This document shows positions 55,730-64,000 of a stretch of 64,000 nucleotides of DNA, piece by piece (within the stretch, counting starts at the first letter, position 1; each line of letters begins with the position of its first letter). The notes beneath the pieces are model-generated. The model did no database searches and had not been told where the DNA came from. It saw nothing but the letters and a program-made list of their open reading frames with translations. Position numbers and translations under genes: made by a program. Origin of the DNA: Anolis carolinensis (Eukaryota); assembly GCF_035594765.1 (NCBI RefSeq), contig NW_026943826.1, forward strand, positions 13,495,325-13,559,324, given 5' to 3'.

Positions 55730-58700
55730 TTAGATGGTTACCTCCATCCTTTCTTCTTGATGATATTCCCCAGGACCACCTCAGCCCTGGAAAGAGGGAA
55801 AAGAGAGATATCTAATATAATCTTATATATTTATATATTTAAAAAAGGGTAATGGAATCACGGCACCGGACAAAACAACTAAACTAAATGCCCCACAACC
55901 TCGAAAATTGAAAGCACAACCTCTCATCCACGCCTCTACGTTCATACAACAAAAAGAAAAGAAAAATTAAGTCCTAACCACAGCAACGCGTGGCCGGGCA
56001 TAGCTATCTATATATATAAAAGGGTAATGGAATCATGGCACCGGACAAAACAACTAAACTAAATGCCCCACAACCTCAAAAATTGACAGCACAACCTCTC
56101 ATCCACGCCTCTACGTTCATACAACAAAAAGAAAAGAAAAATAAAGTCCTAATTAGAGGGAGAGGAATAATTGTTTTTATCCCATTGCTGCCAGTTATAA
56201 AGCTAAGCTCCGCCCACTTGGTCTCCTAGCAACCCACTCAGCCCAGGGGACAGGCAGAGTTAGGCCTCACTTAGGCCTCTTCCACACTGCCTATAAAATA
56301 TAGATTATCATATTTTAACTGGATTACAGTATATGGCAGTGTAGACTCCAAGGCCCTTCCACACAGCTATATAACCCATTTATAATCTTATATTATCTGC
56401 TTTGAACTGGATTATCTTGACTCCACACTGCCATATAATCCACTTCGGTGTGCATTTTATACAGCTGTGTAGAAGGAGCCTCATATAATCCAGTTCTAAG
56501 CAGATGATATAAGATGATAAATATAATATGTAATAATTACTGTGATATAATAATACAGAACAATATAATCTCTAAAATCAAGACGGTAAATAAAGACTCT
56601 GAAAGCATAAGCCACAGCAACGCGTGGCCGGGCAAAGCTAGTATCATATATAACATAATAGCCAAAAACTACGGGCCACATATGGTCCACCATGGTCTTC
56701 TACAAGGAAGGCCTGGCCACGGGCCTCGCACTCACTTCCCCGCGGCGTAAACCTCGGCCGTGTCGAAGAGGTTGATCCCGTTGTCGTAGGCCAGCGTCAT
56801 CAGCTGCTCCGCCATCTGCAGGGAAGCAAATGAGATGAACTCGAGCTCTTAACACACGAAGGCAAAAGCTAAGCAGGCCCTCTCTGTTTTGGAGGCAAGT
56901 CCCTACTCAATTCATGGGCTTGGTGTAAGACTACACACACGTCGATGCGTAGAGGACGAGGAAGGAATGAGAAGAACTTGACGGACTCATGAATGTGGGA
57001 TTCAAAAGCCTTACCTCGTCTGTTATCTGTCCTCCAAACGTCACCCATGTCCCTGCAGATCGAGAGAGAAAGAAACAAGAGATATATTTACATAGATATA
57101 TATAAATATACTTATGTATATAGTATATATATTTATATATAAAATTTCTATTTTTACATATAAATATATATATTCATATTTATATAATATATATATTCAT
57201 ATTTAGATATAAAATAATCATATACCTATATATTCATATTGATATAAAATAATTATATATATATATAGAAAAATATTCATATTCATATTTATATAAATAT
57301 ATGTATATTTCTATATACACTTATAAATATTTACACACATATATATTTATATATAAAATTTCTATTTTTACATATAAATATATATATTCATATTTATATA
57401 ATATATATATATATAATCTCATATATATATATTCATATTTAGATATAAAATAATCATATACCTATATATTCATATTGATATAAAATAATTATATATATAT
57501 AGAAAAATATTCATATTCATATTTATATAAATATATGTATATTTCTATATACACTTATAAATATTTACACACATATATATTTATATATAAAATTTCTATT
57601 TTTACATATAAATATATATATTCATATTTATATAATATATATATATAATCTCATATATATATTCATATTTAGATATAAAATAATCATATACCTATATATT
57701 CATATTGATATAAAATAATTATATATATATAGAAAAATATTCATATTCATATTTATATAAATATATGTATATTTATATATACACTTGTAAATATTTACAC
57801 ACATATATATTTATATATAAAATATTTCTATTTTTACATATAAGTATATATATATATTCATATTTATATATAAAATAGTCATATTTATATATAAAGTATT
57901 CATATTTATATATTAGATATTAAAATAATCATATTTATATATACATATTTATATAGAAAAATATTCATATATATATATATATTGATGTAAGTTAATAATA
58001 AATTTTTAACTGATTTATATTTCACTCTATAATTTTTATATATGCGTTTTATTGTAAGCCGCCCTGAGTCCCCTGTTGGGTGAGAAGGGCGGGATATAAA
58101 TATTTCAATAAATAAATAAATAAACATGTATACTTATATATACTTATAAATATAAATATATATTAATATATAAAAATAATCTCATATATATATATATATA
58201 TACTAGCTGTGCCCGGCCACGCGTTGCTGTGGCGTTGTCTGGTGGTGTTGGTGAGAAATTGTTGAGGTCGTGGTGGTATTGAATGTCTGTTGTATGGTTG
58301 TCTTTATGTTTAGTATGCACACTGAAGTGGATTATATGGCAGTGTGGACTCAAGATAATCCAGTTCAAAGCATATAATATAAGATTCTAAATGGGTTATA
58401 TAGCTGTGTGGAAGGGCCTTGAGTCTACACTGCCATATAATCCAGTTCAAATCTGATAATCTGTGGAAGAGGCCTAAGTGAGGCCTAACTGTGCCTGTCC
58501 CCTGGGCTGAGGAGGTTGCTAGGAGACCAAGTGGGTGGAGCTTAGCCTTCAAACTGGAAGCAATTGGATAAAAACTATTATTCCTCTCCCTGTAATTAAG
58601 ACTTTATTTTTCTTTTCTTTTTGTTGTATCAACCTAGAGCCATGAATGATGGGTTGTGTTGTCAAATTTCGAGGTTGGGGGGCCTGTAGTTTTGTCCGCT

Positions 58701-59869
58701 GCCCTGACGCCATCACTCTTTTATATATATAGATTCACATTTAGATATAATCATATATATATATATTTATATAGAAAAAAAAATCATATATATAAATAAA
58801 TATATGTATATTTATATATAAATCTTTATACACATATATATATATATGCGTGCAGAGAAGCAAGCACAGTTACAGAACGTATTGATCTGTGGATCTATGG
58901 ATGTCTCTATTAGTTTTGTCCGCTGCCCTGATGCCATCACTCTTTTATATATATAGATTNNNNNNNNNNNNNNNNNNNNNNNNNNNNNNNNNNNNNNNNN
59001 NNNNNNNNNNNNNNNNNNNNNNNNNNNNNNNNNNNNNNNNNNNNNNNNNNNNNNNNNNNNNNNNNNNNNNNNNNNNNNNNNNNNNNNNNNNNNNNNNNNN
59101 NNNNNNNNNNNNNCAGTTACAGAACGTATTGATCTGTGGATCTATGGATGTCTCTATTAGTTTTGTCCGCTGCCCTGATGCCATCACTCTTTTATATATG
59201 TAGATTNNNNNNNNNNNNNNNNNNNNNNNNNNNNNNNNNNNNNNNNNNNNNNNNNNNNNNNNNNNNNNNNNNNNNNNNNNNNNNNNNNNNNNNNNNNNNN
59301 NNNNNNNNNNNNNNNNNNNNNNNNNNNNNNNNNNNNNNNNNACAGTTACAGAATGTATTGCTCTGTGGATCTATGGATGTCTCTATTAGTTTTGTCCGCT
59401 GCCCTGATGCCATCACTCTTTTATATATGTAGATTNNNNNNNNNNNNNNNNNNNNNNNNNNNNNNNNNNNNNNNNNNNNNNNNNNNNNNNNNNNNNNNNN
59501 NNNNNNNNNNNNNNNNNNNNNNNNNNNNNNNNNNNNNNNNNNNNNNNNNNNNNNNNNNNNNNNNNNNNNNNNNNNNNNNNNNCAGAATGTATTGCTCTGT
59601 GGATCTATGGATGTCTCTATCCTTTGGGGCTTTACCTAGTCCGAGGCAGGACACCCTCAGTCCCGACTTGCCGAGGTTTCTAGACGGAGGAGGAGGAGGA
59701 GAAGGGATATTATTATAACAGGGAAATATTAATAGATCGGCATAAACAAAAGGCGAGGAACAGGCACACCATTTGCCAGCCCGGGGGCGATGCCTGCCTT
59801 CCTTCCTCCTTCCTTCCTTGCGCGGAGCAGATGTCGCCCCGGCTTCCCCGGCTTTGCCAGTTTCCAAAA

Positions 59870-59912
<43 letters not shown>

Positions 59913-62900
59913 GAACGAACACATGAACGAATGAACGAGAAAAAACAGGCTCCGATCTCGTCCAGATGGGGGAACCTCGGCTCCTCGGGGTTGAGGACCT
60001 GGATTGCACTCCAGCCTATTATACACGACTGTCATTCATATCTATCTATATATCTATATATATGATGGACTACAACTCCCATCGTTCTCCATCACCCCCA
60101 TTGACCCTATATGAACTACAATTCCCATCATGCCCCACGATCCCTCCTCCGGTTGACTCCAGACTGGACTACTGTGGATGGACTACAACTCCCATCATTC
60201 TCTACCTTTCCTCAAGATCATGGACTACAACTCCCATCGTTCTCTATTGCTCTCCTCTTAATTCGAAGCCAAGACCTGGACGTGGGTGGACTACAACTCC
60301 CATCGTTCTCTACCTTTCCTCAAGATCATGGACTACAGCTCCCATCATTCTCTATCGCTCTCCTCTTAATTCTAAGCCAAGACCTGGACGTGGGTGGACT
60401 ACAACTGCCATCGTTCTCTACCATTCTTCAAGATCGCAGTGCGGGTGGACTACAACTCCCATCATTCTCTATCACTCCTCTCGAAAACCTGAAACTGATA
60501 GTAGACTACAACCCCCATCACCCTCCCATTAACCCAAAAACGATATGTAATGGACTACAACTCCCATCATCCCTCCCATTGACCCAAGACCTAGATGCGA
60601 GTCGACTACAACTCCCATCATTTTCTATCATCCCTCCCATTAACCCACAACCTATATGTTGGCGGACTACAACTCCCATCATCCCTCCCGTTGACCCAAG
60701 ACCTAGATGTGAGTCGATTACAACTCCCATCATTCTCTATCACCCCTCCCATTAACCAAATACCTAGATGTGGGTGGACTGCAACTCCCATCACTCTCCT
60801 GTTAATCCAAGACCTAGATGTGAGTCTACTACAACTCCCATCATCCCTTCCGTTGACCCAGGAATTAGATATGGGAGGACTACAACTCCCATCACTCTCC
60901 CGTTAACCCAAGACCTAGATGTGGGAGGACTACAACTCCCATCACTCTCCCGTTAACCCAAGACCTAGATGTGGGTGGACTGCAACTCCCATCACCCCTC
61001 CCGTTAACCCAAGACCTAGATGTGAGTCGACTACAACTCCCATCATCCCTCCCGTTAACCCAAGACCTAGATGTGAGTCTACTACAACTCCCATCATCCC
61101 TCCCGTTGACCCAAGAGTTAGATATGGGAGGACTACAACTCCCATCACTCTCCCGTTAACCCAAGCCCTGGATGTGCGTCGACTACAACTCCCATCATTC
61201 TCTATCACCCCCTCCCACCAACCCAGGATCATGGACGTGGGTGGACTACAAGTCCCATCACACTCTGTCATCAGTATTATAAGCTGTGTGCCATGTTTGG
61301 TGGCCCAGATTCATTATCCGTCAGATTCGTGCAGCTGTCTGGATGGGGCAGGACTACAACTCCCATCATCCTGTATCAGTCCTGTCCCCCCAACGTCTCA
61401 CAGTATTTTAAGCTGGATGATGAAGATCCATTAAACATACATAGATATATATAAGCAGACACACATTATGTTGCATAAACTTTCCCCATGTTGTTATGAT
61501 CGAACCAATTAGGAAGACATGATCTTTATGAGCCGGGAACGAAAATCGTGTTACGTGGTGTCTCTGCCCCGAGGCACCCGGAGGCCCATCGCTCCTGTCA
61601 CTTTCTGCACAACCAACGCGGATGCGGACGCAGATCCCGTGTGGCGGGTCTGCCGCCTCTCGGCGCTCGCTGACCTTCCGCACGAAGGCCCTCCCGCCCG
61701 GGGCAACCGAGTCACGGCAGCTTCCAGAAAGGCGGTGAAGCGGCCGCCTCGCCGGAAGATTCTCATACACAGGGCTCCCAGTCTTCCTTTGGGTCATTCA
61801 CACCACGTTAACCAGATTTACATGGACGTAGTTTCAACTTCCCAATGCTATGGAAGCTGGGAAGACTTACATGGACGTAGTTTCTCCTTCCCAAGGCGAT
61901 GGGATCTGGGAAGGCTTACATGGACATAGTGTTCCCTTCCCAATGCTATGATATCTGGGAAGATTTACCTTCCCAATGCTATGTAGTTTGGGAAGATTTA
62001 CATGGATGTAGTTTCACCATGTAGTTTCACCTTCCCAATGCTATGTAGTCTGGGAAGATTTACATCGATGTAGTGTCCCCTTCCCAATGCTATGATATCC
62101 GGGAAGATTTACATGGATGTAGTGTCTCCTTCCCAATGCTATGCCATCTGGAAATATTTATATGGACGTAGTGTCCCCTTCCCAATGCTATGATATCTGG
62201 GAAGATTTATACGGACGTAGTTTCCCCTTCCCAATGCTATGATATCCGGGAAGATTTACATGGATGTAGTGTCTCCTTCCCAATGCTATGCCATCTGGAA
62301 ATATTTATATGGACGTAGTGTCCCCTTCCCAATGCTATGTTATCTGGGAAGATTTATACGGACGTAGTTTCCCCTTCCCAATGCTATGATATCTGGGAAG
62401 ATTTATATGCATGTAGTTTCCCCTTCACAATGCTATGTAGTCTGGGAAGATATACACGGACGTAGTGTCCCCTTCCCAATGCTATGAAGCCTGGGAAGAC
62501 TTACATCGATGTAGTGTCCCCTTCCCAATGCTATGGGATCAGGGAAGTTTTACATGGATGTAGTGTCTCCTTCCCAATGCTATGCCATCTGGAAATATTT
62601 ATATGGACATAGTGCCCCCTTCCCAATGCTATGATATCTGGGAAGATTTATACGGACGTAGTTTCCCCTTCCCAATGCTATGTAGTCTGGGAAGATATAC
62701 ACGGACGTAGTGTCCCCTTCCCAATGCTATGATATCTGGGAAGATTTATACGGACGTAGTTTCCCCTTCCCAATGCTATGTAGTCTGGGAAGATATACAC
62801 GGACGTAGTGTCCCCTTCCCAATGCTATGCCAAAGCGGACCAACAACAGCTCCTCGGACCCCACTGTATTGATATCTAGACGCAGCGTAGGCGCCGTACC

Positions 62901-63116
62901 CTACCTGTACTTCATTCCGCTCTGTTTGGAGCCGCCGGCCTCGCTGGCCACGTGGCTGTTCTGTGCGGAGAGGTGTCCCAGGCTGCGGGCCACCATGGCC
63001 ACGGCCCGGAAGCGCCCCCGGGTGCTGGGGCTGCTGCTGGCATTCTGCCGGTTGAGCCGGTCCTCGGCGCTCCGGCTCTTGATGTTGTGGTCCGAACACA
63101 CAAACGAGACTTGCAT
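43799..63116 (-). CDS. KCNAB2: Voltage-gated K+ channel beta subunit 2 (aldo-keto reductase fold), 398 aa (413 aa with cassette exon)
   Basis: Exons 63116-62905, 59679-59636, 57052-57015, 56815-56736, 55786-55742, 55573-55529, 54750-54707, 54555-54469, [52999-52955], 49444-49359, 47396-47276, 47196-47102, 46558-46438, 45670-45582, 43888-43799; all GT-AG and in frame. Beta2-diagnostic peptides: [59 protein letters not shown]. Confidence 0.95.
44164..45551. mobile_element. Tc1/mariner (pogo/Tigger-like) nonautonomous element with triplicated 5' end
   Basis: Termini CCGTATATACTCGAGTATAAGCC / GGCTTATACTCGAGTATATACAG flanked by TA; 112-bp 5' unit repeated at 44164, 44276, 44388. Related fragments at 43910-43985 and 35800-35895. 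Confidence 0.75.
45864..46245 (-). mobile_element. Three tandem R4/Dong-like 3' ends separated by (TAA)n
   Basis: Three copies of the ~85-bp tail, each bounded by TTA repeats; the longest extends into a coding-like KYITQS* end on the minus strand. Confidence 0.6.
47410..48230. repeat. ~150-bp tandem repeat in KCNAB2 intron
   Basis: GAAATGACATATCCCACTGGCTATTTCCCGAGCC...AATCATAGTG, five copies. Confidence 0.9.
49825..49945 (-). mobile_element. Penelope-like element terminal repeat fragment
   Basis: Minus strand CTTCTGGAGATGCAGCTACAGATGCATGCGAAACGTCAGGAGAGAATGCTGCTGGAACATGGCC resembles PLE pseudo-LTRs carrying a minimal hammerhead core. Confidence 0.55.
50065..51070. repeat. ~80-bp minisatellite
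   Basis: AACTCAGGGATGGCCTGTGTGTGGGTGTATGTATATATATCTATATCTATATAGATACTATATATTATTAATATT, about 13 copies. Confidence 0.95.
51625..52840. repeat. Minisatellite GGATCGTCTGAGTTCCAGGAAGGAATGGGCTGCC+(AAT)n
   Basis: About 12 cores with variable AAT spacers, immediately 3' (transcript sense) of the cassette exon. Confidence 0.95.
52955..52999 (-). CDS. KCNAB2: KCNAB2 45-nt cassette exon ([15 protein letters not shown])
   Basis: cag|GG AAC TCT TTT AGC TCT TCC AAG TCA CGA ACG TTC ATC ATC GAA G|gtac; phase 1-1, fits between NTPME and ETVRAM; resembles the insert of the long mammalian isoform as I recall it. Confidence 0.8.
53400..54040. repeat. ~135-bp tandem repeat with (AAT)n
   Basis: CCAAAGCATTCTTCAAACTATGGGCCACCTCGGTCTTCCCCGACCACAAAAAGGTCTTCAAA(ATA)n, four or more copies. 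Confidence 0.95.
54941..55398 (+). mobile_element. Nonautonomous Helitron-like element
   Basis: A|TCTATATATATAAAAG ... GCCACAGCAACGCGTGGC..CTAG|T. Confidence 0.85.
55840..56641 (+). mobile_element. Two Helitron-like elements head-to-tail
   Basis: A short copy ends GCATAGCTA at 56006; TCTATATATATAAAAG of a longer copy follows directly and ends CTAG at 56641. Confidence 0.75.
57085..57990. repeat. AT-rich low-complexity tandem array (~230-bp period)
   Basis: Very AT-rich; repeated TAATCATATACCTATATATTCATATTGATATAAAATAATT blocks. Confidence 0.9.
58203..58733 (-). mobile_element. Nonautonomous Helitron-like element
   Basis: Reverse-strand termini as above; the adjoining tandem units at 58867-59620 repeat its 5' end. 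Confidence 0.8.
60062..61375 (+). repeat. ~50-bp minisatellite built on GGACTACAACTCCCATCA
   Basis: About 24 copies including variants, in KCNAB2 intron 1. Confidence 0.95.
61815..62830. repeat. ~52-bp minisatellite
   Basis: GGACGTAGTKTCCCCTTCCCAATGCTATGATATCTGGGAAGATTTAYA, about 19 copies just downstream (transcript sense) of KCNAB2 exon 1. Confidence 0.95.
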
Positions 63117-63539
63117 GGCGGCGAGATCCCGGGTTTTCGCGGGTCAAAACGCTTCTCTCACCTCTCCAAAAAATCGAAGGAGAGCGCCTTCTTTTCCTAA
63201 AACGAGGAACCTCGGAATCGATTCACCCCATTATGACCGAACCGTCGCTGTTTTCGGGGTTGAGTGGCAACCGTCCCATCCGTAATCCGTAAAATTCAAC
63301 CAGGCTCAGACCGAATCCCCTTTTGTCCCCAAGTTCGTTGAAGTATTTCTCGAAAGTCTCGGAGTCAAATTCAGCCAGTCTCAATCCCAATTCTGGTTAG
63401 ACTCCCTGTCGAACTACTAATTCAGCCCGACTCAGGCGTCTAAATATTTCGCCCAGAGAAAGATCTGCGCAACACTCAGCCAGACTTCTTGGCTCAGATA
63501 TGAAATATTTCTCCCAGAATTGGGGGGAGATTCTGCGAG

Positions 63540-64000
63540 ACTTAAATCCCAATTCCCTTTCGACTCCAGTTCAGATGCTGAGTTGAAATGTTTCCACTGG
63601 AGAATCGGGGGGAAAATTCGTTCCAGTTCGGCTCCCGAGTTGAAATATTTCACGTGGAATTTTCAGGGGAAGTTCAATCGGATTCAGACAAGCGATCCGG
63701 AGGGGAGAGGATTTCTTTGGTCTCAGACCCAAATCTCTTCCGACTCCAGTTTGGCTCCCAAGTTAGAATTTTCAGGGGGAAGTTCAATCGGATTCAGACC
63801 GAAATTCTCCTACCGAATACAGTCTCTGCTGCAACCTTGTCCTCCCGAACAAGCGATCCGGAGGGGAGAGGATTTCTTTGGTCTCAGACCCAAATCTCTT
63901 CCGACTCCAGTTCAGCTCCTGAGTTGAAATGTTTCCATGGGAGAATCAGAGGGAAAATTCGTTCCAGTTCGGCTCCCGAGTTGAAATATTTCACGTGGAA
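63540..64000. repeat. Local tandem duplications upstream of KCNAB2 exon 1
   Basis: Blocks GAGTTGAAATGTTTCCA...TTCACGTGGAA (63580, 63921) and AAGCGATCCGGAGGGGAGAGG (63690, 63851) are duplicated. Confidence 0.8.

Noticed and set aside
62905-63116. Assignment of the gene to KCNAB1 or KCNAB3 from its N-terminus
   Set aside because: Core exons carry beta2-specific residues and the CHD5/RPL22/RNF207 neighbourhood is the KCNAB2 locus.

Overview
Vertebrate genomic DNA, most likely a squamate reptile. The repeat content looks Anolis-like; this is inferred from the SINE, Helitron, MITE and R4-like families, not shown directly. There are many N-gaps. Six spliced protein-coding genes could be reconstructed exon by exon by hand: the 5' end of CHD5 (-), complete RPL22 (-), RNF207 (+), two tandem AADACL3/4-like esterases (-) and KCNAB2 (-). 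Introns and intergenic DNA are packed with local tandem arrays and nonautonomous transposons. Most ORFs in the six-frame track are repeat or antisense artefacts. The most notable observations are: (i) a KCNAB2 first exon homologous to the Kv-beta1.1 inactivation ball; (ii) two AADACL paralogs with an intact catalytic triad whose HGGG oxyanion motif has become PGG; (iii) a gene order inverted relative to human 1p36, with the esterases at the breakpoint; (iv) several unrelated tandem arrays that each amplify a different regulatory motif (CTCF, RBFOX, octamer, ZNF143, STAT); (v) a modular nonautonomous Helitron family. All coordinates and motif counts were read by eye and should be verified computationally.
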